DNA of 64,000 bases from Vicugna vicugna (taxonomy: Eukaryota): positions 1,550,001 through 1,614,000 of the forward strand of contig MU057711.1 in the NCBI GenBank assembly GCA_013265495.1, in the 5' to 3' direction. Positions 25,040 to 37,033 of the stretch are shown here, in pieces; position 1 is the stretch's first letter, and the number at the start of each line of letters is the position of its first letter. Made by a program: the position numbers and the translations under genes. The notes below the pieces were generated by a model. That model ran no database searches, had not been told where the DNA came from, and saw only the letters and a list, made by a program, of their open reading frames with translations.

Positions 25040-25985
25040 AATTCTCCCTTTAAAAAAAAAGCATCTTTTTGAGTTAAATCTTTCTTTGCCTGTTCCTCCA
25101 ACCATAGTCTCCTTCCCTTACTCCTCAGAAGTAAACACTATTCTGAACTCAGTATATATATTTCCAACAATTTCATATAATTTTACATATACATATATAT
25201 GCATATATTTGGAAAAACATAATATTGTTTGTATCAATTTTTGGCATTTATATAAATAATATCACACTGTGTTTTGTTCTGCAACTTTTTTATTTTTACC
25301 ATTTTTTGGCTTTATGCATTTTGCTACGTTTAAATATAAATTAGTATCCTTAACTATTATATCATATAAATGTACCACAGTTTAGCTACCCATTCCCTTT
25401 CTGATGGATATTTAAGTTATATCAGTTTATTTCAAATAATGCTACAGTTACTGCCTTGTATATATTCTCTAGTGTGTCTCCACAAGAGTTTTTCTGGGAC
25501 AGACAATTTTAAAATCATAGGATTTGCTCTTCTTCCCACTCACTAGGCTGAATACTTCCAAATTGGCTGTGCCATTTACACTCCCACCAGCAGTGTATGA
25601 AAGCATTCATTTTCCCACACTTACATCAACATCTGATATTGACCAACTTAACAAATTTTGCTCATCTGAAATAGGTAGCTTCTTGCGGTTTCAATCTGTG
25701 TTCCTCTAATTACTAGTGTTCCTCTAGTTACTAGTGAGGTTCAACATTCTTCTGTGTTTATTGGCCACTTGAAATTTCTTTTCTGTGAAATTCTTGAATA
25801 TGCCATTTATGCTTTTACCCTATTGAGTTGTTTATCTTATTAGCTTGGAGGAGTTCTTTATAATTTCTAGTTAACAATCTTTTGTTTACTAAATATGTTG
25901 CAAATATCTACTCCCTATTTATAACTTGTCTTTTAACCTTTTTATGATTTATTTTGTCATACAGAAGTTTTAAGTTTTAGACTCT
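25040..25985 (-). mobile_element. Old L1M 3' fragment
   Basis: CCATTTACACTCCCACCAGCAGTGTATGA...TTGCAAATATCTACTCCC are reverse-strand L1 hallmarks. Confidence 0.8.
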
Positions 25986-26014
25986 AACAGTGGCTTCTAA
26001 CTGGCTCTCCCATT

Positions 26015-26136
26015 CTTTTTTTTTTTTAATTGAAGTATAGTTGATTTACATGCTGTGTTCACTTCTGGTGTACAACATAGTGATTCAGTTCTACATATTC
26101 TTTTTCATATTCTTTTTTATTACAAGTTACTACAAG
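26015..26136 (-). mobile_element. Very short 3' end of a younger L1 with poly(A) tail
   Basis: T-tract then AATTGAAGTATAGTTGATTTACA...GGTGTACAACATAGTGATTCAG. Confidence 0.8.
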
Positions 26137-26192
26137 GCTTCTTTCATTTTTGTTGAACAACTCTTACTAGGTCTTCATGTGTTAAGTTCTAG

Positions 26193-26265
26193 AAAGAGAT
26201 GAAAGCTGACATATGACTTGGTGATTTATTGGCTGACTACCATTTCTAGAAGAAAAATATTTTTG
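26193..26265 (+). pseudogene. Candidate pseudo-exon
   Basis: TTCTAG|AAAGAG..., reading KEMKADI*LGDLLADYHF*KK. Weak similarity to family EKxxEIxxxNxELAxL. 3' end uncertain. Confidence 0.3.
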
Positions 26266-26564
26266 TGTGCATATTTATAGCATTTTCCTTAAGGAACAAT
26301 GTTCATTTTTATGTTGTTGTGAATGTTGTGTTGTTGTGGTTAATGATTTTTTTGGTATCTAATAATAAAATATTGACAGTGGTAAAATCCTTGTAATAGA
26401 TTTTAAAGCAAGAATTCATTTTGCCTTTCATCGTATACTGTAAAAAAGTGGGTTTTCTCTAGGCTCTTTTCCTCTTTTTATTTTCTAGTTATTGGGATCT
26501 GCTATCTATAATTATGCTGAAAATTATTTCAGATGTTTAAAAAATATTTTTGAATAACACATCT

Positions 26565-26815
26565 CTTTAGACAGAAGTCATACAGACTGGAACCAGTCTA
26601 CCAGCTTTGAATCCCAGCTCTACCACCTATTAACTAGAAACCTTACTCAAATCACTTTCATTCTTTGTTTCTCAGCTTCCTCATCTGTAAAATGGGGCAG
26701 AAATAGCACAAGCCTCCTGGAACTAATATGAAGATTAAATGAGTCCTAATACATTACAACATCCTAGAGCAGTGGCTGGCACAAGAGCACACACTGCAGA
26801 TGCTAACAGTCATTG
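26565..26815. mobile_element. MIR SINE
   Basis: TTTGAATCCCAGCTCTACCAC...CTCAGCTTCCTCATCTGTAAAATGGGG. Confidence 0.85.
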
Positions 26816-26945
26816 TCCCTCAAATATTTCAAGATTCTTATAAATGAGGAAAAGCATTGTAAAATTAGTGCTCTCTGAAAAGTATATTCACGTTAAGGAG
26901 CAGCTAATTTCTCCAATTGTCATTTATATGCCATTAATGATACAG

Positions 26946-27005
26946 AAAAACAGGCAACTACAAACACTGCTGAGAGCAGCTGATCAGTGCAGAGCTACAT
27001 TTTAT
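26946..27005 (+). pseudogene. Candidate pseudo-exon (NTA...I motif)
   Basis: TACAG|AAAAACAG..., reading KQATTNTAESS*SVQSYIL. The NTA-x9-I spacing matches CCDC42-type NTAAKKTLLLGTI. Donor degraded. Confidence 0.45.
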
Positions 27006-27080
27006 AGATTCTCCATGACACACTTTTAAACACCCAAGCTCAGTGCTTGCCTGCTCCAAACAGTTTCAAATCAACAATTT

Positions 27081-27246
27081 GTGGCAGGACAGGGTATAGC
27101 TTAGTGATAAAGTGAATACTTAGCATGTACAAGGTCCTGGGTTCAGTCCCCAGTACCTCCATTCAATAATAATAATGATGATGATGATGATGATGATGAT
27201 GATAGTAAACCTAATTACCCCCTCCTCCCCCCCAAATTTTTTTTAA
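27081..27246 (+). mobile_element. tRNA-derived SINE, camelid vic-1 type
   Basis: GGGTATAGCTTAGTG...GGTCCTGGGTTCAGTCCCCAGTACCTCC...AAACCTAATTACC. 13-bp TSD AAATCAACAATTT at 27068-27080 and 27247-27259. Confidence 0.88.
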
Positions 27247-27636
27247 AAATCAACAATTTAAAAACTAAAAAACAAAATATATAACCTTAAACCACATCTC
27301 CGAAAGTGTGATCTTTCAGAGCTGTGTAAATATTTGTTAACTTTTTCCTCCCCTACTAGTTTGTAAGCTCCATGAAGTCCAAGGCAATGTGGATACCAAA
27401 TGTCTAGTGGTTGAATTCACTTATTAAAACGTATTTAGAGTTAGGTTGGTGCAGACTTCCTTATTATCAAATGTTTTGTCCTTTGTTCTGCCCACAGTCC
27501 CTGGCTGAACACCCTTCCACCAGCTTCCCAGAGACCATTGGATTGAGTGAGAAGAGCTGAGTTTGAGACCTGGTCCCTCACAAATTGACCAATAATTGAC
27601 ATAACCCACCTACACTTTGGTTTTTTTAACTACAAG

Positions 27637-27749
27637 GGAGATGTGATGTAAAAATGTAGGGCTTTTAAATGGTGAAAGTGGAATTTCACTAGAAATTCCT
27701 TTGAGGATAGCAGCTAGATATTAAAATGAAGACTGATGTGTACATTTGA
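27637..27749 (+). pseudogene. Candidate terminal pseudo-exon
   Basis: TTTTTTAACTACAAG|G GAG..., reading EM*CKNVGLLNGESGISLEIPLR, then a 4-nt shift (ATAG), then QLDIKMKTDVYI*. Resembles CCDC42-type VALEDTHKQLDM. Confidence 0.55.
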
Positions 27750-29529
27750 CAGAATTGGAACTTGAAATATTTCACTGTTTGCAATTTACGCTCTCTCCTT
27801 ACCTTGATAAATCATTTTGCAACGTGCTCCTCCCTCCCCACCCTCCATAGCTCCTCCATTCAAGAATGATGCAGTACTGAGCTGTGGTGTTTTCAGAAGT
27901 GTTTTCTGAGCATTGGCAGCTTAACTAAAAGCGTCCTCTCTATTTTGTTCTTGGTGTTGCATATAGGATAACTGCTCTCACCTGTTAACCCCCTAGCAGA
28001 AAATCCGCCTGCCGAACAATAGCTTGCAAACACAGCACGGCACTCGATGTGTGAGGCATAAAGGAGTCAGTGGGCAGGACGCGGGGTCAGCCTGCTCTTG
28101 GGGGCAGGCTGTTTCTGTTGGCATGTCCCTTTTGTGAAGGATGTAGTCCTTGTTCTACAGTCTGTACCAGGCTGCACATCACCTATTTACTTCCTATCCT
28201 TGAACTAACAGGGGGTATTTTCCCCCAGTCATAAATGGGTTGGTGTGAGAGAAGCTTCTCCTGCTGAGGGATTCACTTCTACACTGAGTCCTCTTTGTTA
28301 ATCTTTTGCAAAATAAGGCAGTTTTCTGTCAAAGAGAAAGCAATCATTAATTTTTCATAAGAGCAGCAAAGTTGTGAATAGCCAAGGACCTCTTGAATAA
28401 AGAGCTTAGAGGTTCCAAAGAGAGGCAAATAACAAAGCCCAGAGGAGAAAGAGAAAGTATTCTTTTTTATACTATTTATCATTCTCCCCCCACCCCGTCA
28501 TACCCTGTTAAGAAGGAAGAAGCCATTTATGCAAGCTAACAGTTCTTCAAATCTCATGAACCTTAATTTTAATCCTTATCAGTGCCTTTTAAAATGAATA
28601 ATACAGTGACCTTCAGCTTTGTCCTACATTATGTGAGGTTGATTCATAAAGACGGCTTTAGTTTTTTAAATTAAGGCAGAAGCTATATGTATTCTACTCA
28701 ATTCCAGCATTAAAGTTATCCCAAGTGTGGCATTTATGTTCTTTCTCTTCTTTGGTATAAATAAATATCAAAGTAGGAAGACCAGTGTGAACTCTACAAG
28801 GAATAATAAACTAAAATAATATGGCATTGATTTTGTTCAGGGTGTCTTAATGCGTTTTTATGATTGTGTATGTTTATAGCTTCTTCACACAAGTGACATG
28901 AATTCTGAGCAATTAAAACGGACATGAATTTCAAGACATTCAGGAAGAGGATCTGCTTTCTAATGGCTCTGCGTTTTACCCAGCTGTGGTTCTTGAGGAA
29001 ATCGCTGCAGATTTCAGACCTCCGCCTAGTGAAACTGTAGAGTTATTGCCATTTTGTATTGTTTTATAATATTATTACCGGGAGACCACATTAGGGGACT
29101 TCTTTTTGGCTGCTAAAATGCTGTGTGTGGATATAACAAATTTCATAAAGAAGCAGAGAGATTCCTTCACATGGCTTGCATATTTTCTTTTTGAATTTTC
29201 ACCAATCAAGGGTTCTTAAGAGTGTGGCTTTGGGTCTTGTTAGTGAGCTCTCAACCTTTTATCATATTGAGTGTGGGAGATGTGGACCCCAAGAGCCTGG
29301 GAGTCCTGCAAGGTCACAGACCAGATTCCTTTATAAAGGGAAGGGACCCCTACATGGACAGCCTTCCACATGATGAATTAAGACAATTGATTTTCTCATG
29401 AATTTCAATAAAATAACAGACACTTTCTACACTGCAGGTCTCACTTCTCTGACCTTTCTCTCAGTCCTTCTGGGGGCATTACTGCTGTCCTTTCCAACTT
29501 TTTTTTTTGGTGGGGGGGCAGGTATTATC

Positions 29530-30500
29530 TAAATTACTGAATTAATACATAAATATTAACTCCTTTTAAAAAACTGAAACATTATAGATAAGTTAAATTC
29601 GCCTTGGACTCCTTCCACCAAAACAGGTTCCTGTTGCTCTCTGCCCTCCCAGTAACCATGATCGGTTCAGTCTGTATCCTGTGAAATGTCCTTCATACAC
29701 TTAAGCACAGTACCTGTGATTCAGTAGCATTAAGCAACTAGACAGCATAGTTTTTAAAAGGTTTTCCCCCTATGTCAGTATACTATTGTGTGTGTCTTTC
29801 TGCAACTAGCCTTTTAACTCGTTAGTATTTCTGGGAGATCTTTCCGAGGTAACCCACCTAGAGCTACTTCATCTGTTCTAATTGCTTCATAACGTCTCAC
29901 GGTGCGCCTGTGCTGTGGTTATTTAGCTCTTCTCCTATACAGGGCATCTAACTGTTTGCCACTACTAAAAATGCTGCCATAGTTCTTGACTTCTGGTGCA
30001 CAGAAGTGCTTGCTCCTCTAGGCTTATACCTACAGGTGGAATTCCTGGGCCACAGAACATGCACATTTTAGAGCTGAATAAATTGGACCAAGTTGCTTTC
30101 CAAACTGGAGGTACCAATTTACATTCTGACCAGTGGGGGATGAGGGTTGGTGTTTCCCTGCATCCTTACCAACTCTTAATATTAGCAGACATTAAAACGC
30201 GTGCTACTTTAACGGGTGCAAAATGATGTCTCATTATTTTAATGTACGTTTCTCTTATTCGTGATGAGATTGAGCCGTTTTTTATATGTTTATTGGCTGT
30301 TGACATCTCCTCACTGTAATTTGTTTATTCTAACACACTGACCATTCTTCTAATGGGTTGTTTTATTGATTTGTACGAGTTTGCGGTGGGCGGGGTGTAC
30401 ACAATGTAGACACTCTATTGTAAGCATCTATCTGTTAGCTATGTTGCAATCTCCTAGAACAGTGCCTTTTAAACTTGTTTATGATATCTTTTTGTCACCA
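29530..30500 (-). mobile_element. Old L1ME-like fragment
   Basis: TACCAATTTACATTCTGACCAGTGG..ATGAGGGTT...CATCCTTACCAAC reverse-strand L1 hallmarks. Confidence 0.75.
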
Positions 30501-32689
30501 TTGTGTTTGACCTAGATTTATTCTTCTCAATCTTATTGTTTTTTCCCCCAAACTTTCTTGTAAACATTCTGTGATTATCACCCTGAGCTTATTGTATGCT
30601 GGTTATGTTTACCAACAATCATATTCAGGTGAGGTTTGAGGCTGAGACTTGCATGATGGCCTTGTTAGCATCTACCATTCACAGTTACAGGAGAGACTTA
30701 TGTGGGGAAAGAATAGTAACTGGTACTAAAATGTACAGCAGCGCCCTGGCTTCAACGTGAAGCTTCTTTTCCGCATGTTTATCTGGACGGAGGGCTTGAA
30801 GTTTCAGGGAACATATAGGTGAGATGGTGAGTGCAATCATAGGCGGGAGGGTTTTTCCTTTTTCTTTTTCCTTTTTTTCCTAGAGGTGTAATTGGGAAGG
30901 GAAGAAACAGCTCAGCAGTTTCTCAGCAGTTTACCGGCCATCCACTTTTCAGAAACTGTGGGCCCACAACTCCCAAGGCTGTATTCTAGGTTTTATTGTC
31001 CACTTCAAATTGGGATATATCTCACAACAGTTGCATCTAATTGGGAGATTATTAAAAAGCACGAACAAATTCAGAGTTTTTCACGCAGAAAATGCTGTGT
31101 CCAGCCGAAATGAGGCTATTCTTCCCTTCCTATTTCTCTGTCGTGGAAGAGGCCATATTAAGACAGTAAGCCAGAACAGAGCTTTGATAGACAAGTGTTC
31201 CCCAGACCTCAGTGATTTGGAAACCACCTTTATGAATATTATCATGACTTTCCTCCTGTGCTGTTATTTACTTGGTGTTCTTCTTAAATCACCTACTTTT
31301 TAATTATAAATGTTTCTTTAAAATGATAAGTTTAACTTTCGTCACTGCCACAGGTGTTTCACTTGTCATGTGAACATATCAAATAGACAGTAATCATGAA
31401 AATAAATAAATATACAATAATTTTGTAGCAGTGAAATACTCCCGAGCCTGTCTTCTCTCTCTCATTTAAAAGGGAGATTTAGCAAATATTACAAGAGAGA
31501 GAAAGGTGTTAAAATAGATAGTGGTACCAAACTAATATTTCCTCCTTGACGTCTATAGAGTTGAAAGAGAATTGAATGGAGTAAGTGTCTTCCTGTGAGG
31601 CTCAGTGCTATGCTGTCAAAAAGCATGTTGGGAATTGCCTCCATCGCATGTTTAGGAACATATTGGAATGGACGACGATTTAGAGTATGGCAGTGAAACA
31701 AAGTATCCTTGGTTTAGGAGAGGGTGTATATGACGTTCTCTACCACCCACTTTCCTAGCAATTCTGAGGTCGAGTTGTCTCTTCCTCCAAAGCACTGCTT
31801 TTGTCCCGACTCCCCTTAGAGTACATTTGATTGAACACGTCATCTCAGAAGGAGTTGGTTGACTGTACAGAGTGAGGTCACTGCTCTGTGTGTCCAGCTC
31901 AGATACTCCAGCAGGTTTAGCTTGGTCCTGGACCAGCTGGCTTCACGTATAAGCACTGTTCCATCAGAGTCACACCCCAGCAAGGCTGTCTGTCACAGGG
32001 AGCATGAGGGAGAGGTAGGAGGAGAGGGAGACAGACAGAAAGACAGAAAAGGAAAGAAGAAATACATTCAGTGGAATCCATGCATACTTTGGAAAGAAGA
32101 TAACTGCCTACTGGCAGTAACACAGGATATAATGGCCATATTTTGAAAAGTGCAGCCACGTTACCCTAGAATCCACTTACTTTGCTTTGAGCTCTGATGT
32201 CAGTATGTACTCAATGTATTTTTAAAGTAGTATTTTGAAATCATGCATGTAGTTTAAAACATTAAGTAATACAAATAAGACTTTTAAATGACTGTATTTA
32301 TTTTCTACCCCACCGTCTTCTTCCTCCAATCATACTCCTCAAAGCAGCAAATTTTAACCCAGTCTATTTATAGGCCTTCTAAGGGTAAGTGCCATTTCTT
32401 TACACTATGCTCATACTGCTATTTGGTAACTTACCACCTTTAAACAATGTCTATCCCCTTCTTGCTGTGTTAGATGGGAGTTTAATTAATGCCATCACCA
32501 CTTCCCTTTTCCTCTTGCTTCATTATGTTTTGGCTGTTGAAAAGTCTAATGCCAGTGTGAACTTCGGTTCTCTATAGGTGATCTGTTTATTCCCTGTGGA
32601 ACTTTCAGGATTGTTTCTTTATTTCTATGGTTCTGAATTTCACAGTGATATCTAAGATTTTATGCTTTGTGTTTCAGATTTTTGTAGAG

Positions 32690-34134
32690 ATGTCAATTCA
32701 GTTATCCTCAGTAATTTCTTAGTATTTCCTATCTTTTTGTGGTGTTAAAAATTGTCAGATTTGTTGGCAAAAAGCCCTTCACGCTATCCCTCTTATTATA
32801 TTTTTAGCATCCATAGAGTATTTGGTTATGTCCCTTCTCTCAGTCCTGCTGTTGGTACTTCTGTCTTTTCTTTTCTCCCTGAAAAGACTGGCTACAGGTT
32901 TATCAATTTTATTGATCTTTTCAAAGAACCAGCTTTTGGTCTCACTGATTTTTTTGGGGGTTGTTTTTCTTTTTTCTATGTCATTTTATTCTGTTCCTGT
33001 CTTTATTATTTCCTTCCTTCTACACACCTAAGTTTAACTTGCTCTTCTTTTTTAAGATTTTTAAGGCGGAAGCTAAGATTTTTCTTCTTTTCTAACACGA
33101 GCAGCTGGTAATATAAATTTCCCCCTGTGTCCTGTTTTAGTGGCATCTCCAAATTCTGAGCTGTTGCTATTTTAATTTTCATTCAGTTAAAAATGCTTTC
33201 TAAATTCCCTTTTGAATCCATCATTGACTCATGAGTTATTTAAAAGTATGTTATTTTGTTTCCAAATATTTGAGTATTTTCTAGAGATCTTTCTGTTGTT
33301 GACTTTTTTTTTTTAACTTCCATTACGATCGGAGAATATACTTTGTGTGACTGGAATCCTTTTTAATTTACTGAGACTTGCTTTATAGTCCACAGTATGG
33401 TCTATCCTTGTAAATGTCCATGTGTTCATGAAAAGAATGTTGATTCTGCTATTGTTGGGTAAAATGTCCTGTAATGTCAATTAAATAAGTTGTTTGATGG
33501 TGTTCTTTACATCTTCTATTTCCTTATTGATTTTCAGTCTATAAATCATTGAGACAGGAGTATCAACATATCTGACTATATTTGTGGATTAGTCTGTATT
33601 TTCTTGCAATTATTCCGGTTTTGGTTTCTTGTGTTTTGAAGCTCTATTATTAGATGCATAGACATTTATGACTTGTGATTGTTATGGCTTTTTGATGAAC
33701 TGACCCTCCCCCTTATCATTATGAAATGACATTCTTCATCTCAGATAATACTCTTTGCTCTGAAATCTCCTTTGTCTGATATTAATATAGCTCTTTTTTG
33801 ATAGGCATAAGCATTTTTTTCCCATCCCTTAAACTTTTAACCTATTTGTGCCATTGTATTTGGGGTGTGTTGTGTATAGGCAATGTAGAGTTGGGTCTTG
33901 CTTTTTAACTCAACCTCTGCCTTTTAATTGTGGCATTTAGACCATGTATATTTAATGTGACATGTGATGTGATTAAGTTTAAGTGCTATATGTTTTCTGT
34001 TTATCCCATCCTCTCTTTGTTACTTTTTTCTCTTCTCTTGCCTTATTTTGGATTACTTGATTTTTTTTACAATTCCATTTTGTGTCTGTGATTGGCTCAT
34101 CAGCTATAACTCTTTGTTATTATAGTTATTACTT

Positions 34135-34166
<32 letters not shown>

Positions 34167-34565
34167 AGCTCAACTACCTTCAAGTGATTTGATGCTACTT
34201 CACGTATAGTGTAACAATCTTGTAATAGTACATTTTTGTTTCTCCCCTTCCAAACTTTTTTGCCACCATTACCTACATTTAACCTCTACTGATATTACAA
34301 ACCCCACTTTATATTATTATTTTTGTTAAAACAATTATCTTTTAAAGGTTTTTGGTTGTTTTTTTTTTAATTATGGGCAAAATTTATATACATACCCATT
34401 CAGTGTCCTTTGTTCCTTTGTGGAGATTCCCATTCCCACCTGATAGCATTTCCTTCTGCTTAAAGGATTTCCTTTAACATTTCTTGCAGTGCCGTCTGCT
34501 GGTAATGAATTCTTTTAGTTTTCGTATGTCTGAAAAAGTTTTTATTTACTTTTTTTAAGGAAATT
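32690..34565 (-). mobile_element. Old L1 internal region (ORF1 end, spacer and ORF2 endonuclease part)
   Basis: TTTATCAATTTTATTGATCTTTTCAAAGAACCAGCTTTTGG. Minus ORF 34460-34741 ends ALQEMLKEIL* (ORF1 C-terminus). Confidence 0.85.
34140..34165. repeat. (GT)n microsatellite
   Basis: Read directly from the sequence. Confidence 0.95.
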
Positions 34566-34599
34566 ATAATGTCAGATTTTATTGTTGTAAAACTGAGTG

Positions 34600-35240
34600 A
34601 GGTGTCCAAATGAGCTGAAAACTGATGTCCACACAAAACTCTGCACATGAATGTTTTAGCAGGTTTCCTCATACGTGCCAAAAGATGGGAGCAACCAAGA
34701 TATCTTTCAGCAGTGAATAGATGAAACTGTGGTACATTCATATAATGTAATAGTATTCAGAAATAAAAAGAAATGAGCTATCATACCACAAAAAGACATG
34801 GAGGAACCTTAAATGCATACTGCTAAGTGAAAGAAACCAATCTGAAAAGGTTACATATTGTATGATTCCAAATATATGACATTCTAGAAAAGGCAACGCT
34901 ATGGAGGCAGTAAAAAGATCAGTGGTTGCCAACAGTTAGCGGGGAAGGAGGGATGAATAGGCAGAACACAGAGTATTTTTAAAGCAGTGAAATCCTCATT
35001 ATACATTTGTCAAAACCCATAGAATGTACAACACAAAGAGTGAGCTCTAATGCAAACTGTGGACTTTGGTTAATAATATTGTATCAATAGTGGTTCATCA
35101 GTTTTAACAAATACACCACACGTATGCACTAATTGTAGAGTAAACTGGGATGAGAAGTGACAGGGTGTATGGCTGTCTGCATTTTAGCTCAATTTTTCTG
35201 TAAACCTAAAACTAATTTTTTAAGGTCTATTAATTTTTTA
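34600..35240 (+). mobile_element. L1MB/L1MC-type 3' end
   Basis: TGTCCACACAAAACTCTGCACATGAATGTTT...GAACCTTAAATGCATACTGCTAAGTGAAAGAA..TCTGAAAAGG...CAATTTTTCTGTAAACCTAAAACT. Confidence 0.85.
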
Positions 35241-35264
35241 AGCTGAGTGAAGCAATATACATAG

Positions 35265-35490
35265 TATAATTGTGAGATAACTCTGGGTTCAAATCCTGAC
35301 CTTACCACTTAAAAACTGTGAAACCTTTGGGCAAGTGGCTTCACCTGTGTTTCAGTTTCCCCATGTATGAAATAGGAGCAATATCAGAATCCACTTCATA
35401 GAGTTCTTGTTAAATGATGCATGAAGGCTTTGAACAGAGCCTGATATGTACTAAACAGACAGAAGTGATACCTACCATTAGTATTACTTG
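35265..35490. mobile_element. MIR SINE
   Basis: CTGGGTTCAAATCCTGAC...TTTCAGTTTCCCCATGTATGAAATAGG. Confidence 0.8.
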
Positions 35491-36054
35491 TTCACAAATA
35501 CTCACTTGAAGGAGAAGGTGTGAACATATTTTGGAAACCATCCCTTGAATATACTCTGCTTGGTGAAGAATCGAATCTTAAATATGAGAATTTTCATATG
35601 TGAGGATGTGAAGTCTCCCTGATGTAACTGGTGTAGTTATATCTGGTGTAGTTGCCATTTTGTACGTTAAATTCCTGGCTTCGGCACTGCCTGATTTGGT
35701 GCTGTTGACTGCGGTGGCATTTGTTTTGGAGTTATTTGGTTTCATTTCCTTCAAGATAAAATATTTCTGAACTTGAGAATTCTGTAAAGAAGCTTTATTA
35801 AAGCAATTGTCTTGTGAACAGCCAGAGGCTTCCCACCAGATTTCTGCTCTGGGCAGGCACCAGGCTACTGGATATCTTTCTGGAGCTGGTTCTGTCCCCC
35901 TGTGCCAGGCAGCTGTAGGGGTCACAGTATGGGTGCTGGGGAGATCTCTGCAGGGGAGGAGGTGCATGGCTGGGCCCCCTTCTCCATTCTCCTCCTTGCA
36001 GAGCCATGCCTGTGTGCTTGGACCCAGTTTGCTCAGCTGCACATGCCCAGCCCA

Positions 36055-36650
36055 CTCAGTGTCTCTGGGCTTTCTCCTTCATATTTAAAAGATATTTTCA
36101 CTAAATACAGAATTCTAGGTTGACAATTCTTTCCTTTCAGTATTTAAAAAATGTGCCTCCATCATCTTGCATGTGTTATTTCTGGCTTGGAAGGCTGCAG
36201 TAATCTGCCTGTTTACCTGAAAACTGCTTTTAAGATATTCTCACCACTGGTTTTGAGCAAGTTAATCATGACATACTTCGCTGTCATTTTCTTCATGTTT
36301 CCTGTGTTTGAGACTCATTGAGCTTCATGGATCTGTGGTCGTGTTGTCTTTTTTATCAAATTTGGAAAATGTTTAGCCATTAGTTCTTCAAAAACTTTTT
36401 TTCCGTCCTGATCCTCTCCCTTGCATTTCAGGGACTCCAGTTTTCTAAGTGCTGGGCTGCTTGACGTTAACCCACAGCTCACTGGTGCTCTGCTCGTTTT
36501 ATAAAATTCTCCTTCTCCTGGTCTTTTTGTTCTGAATGCTTTCTTTTTGCCATGTCTTCAAGTTCACTAATCTTTTCTTCTGCAAGTTCTAGTCTACTAT
36601 TAATCCTAATCAATGTAATTCTTATCTTAGGCGTTGTAGTTTGCTTTAAA
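36055..36650 (-). mobile_element. Old L1 ORF1 region
   Basis: AAAGATATTTTCACT..ATACAGAATTCTAGGTTGACA. Minus ORF 36479-36718 contains INSRLELAEEKISELED (ORF1 coiled coil). Confidence 0.8.
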
Positions 36651-36915
36651 GGTGTGTTAAGTGGGACCAAAGAAGTGTTTGCATTAGGGGTTAAAATGTG
36701 CAGGGTGCACTTCTTCACACAGCAGCCCCATGCAAGAGCAATTACTTATTACAAGGATCAGATAACACGTAGATTAAATAAAGTCACATTGTGACCATTC
36801 AAAATGTCCGAACAAATCCTCCTACTGATTTGGGTCCAACACTTCTACGCATGTAGAAGAGTAAGTCCAGACAGAATGATGAAATTCTTGAACGCTTTTG
36901 CTTAAAATTATTCTC

Positions 36916-36938
36916 GTGTGTGTGTGTGTGTGTGTGTG
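36916..36938. repeat. (GT)n microsatellite
   Basis: Read directly from the sequence. Confidence 0.95.
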
Positions 36939-36990
36939 TATACTTTTACCCTTTCATCCAGTCTAACTTTGGTATTTCCTACTGTGGTCC

Positions 36991-37033
36991 TTCTCTAAAT
37001 ATTTAGAGAAATATTCTCTAAATATTTAGAGAA
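36991..37033. repeat. Tandemly doubled perfect 20-bp palindrome
   Basis: TTCTCTAAATATTTAGAGAA-ATA-TTCTCTAAATATTTAGAGAA. Confidence 0.95.

Larger units (their letters stand above)
3326..27749 (+). pseudogene. Putative multi-exon unitary pseudogene of a DUF4200 coiled-coil protein (CCDC42/CFAP73/CFAP100/CCDC38 family)
   Basis: Collinear splice-site-bounded remnants at 3326-3443, 5012-5155, 11142-11203, 12335-12378, ~15921-15972, 24549-24630, 26193-~26265, 26946-~27005 and 27637-27749. Translations resemble successive family motifs but contain stops and frameshifts. Family similarity judged by eye from memory, not from a search. Confidence 0.6.

Noticed and set aside
25698..25735. 18-bp tandem duplication GTGTTCCTCTA(A/G)TTACTA
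   Set aside because: Small slippage inside an old L1 with no sign of function.
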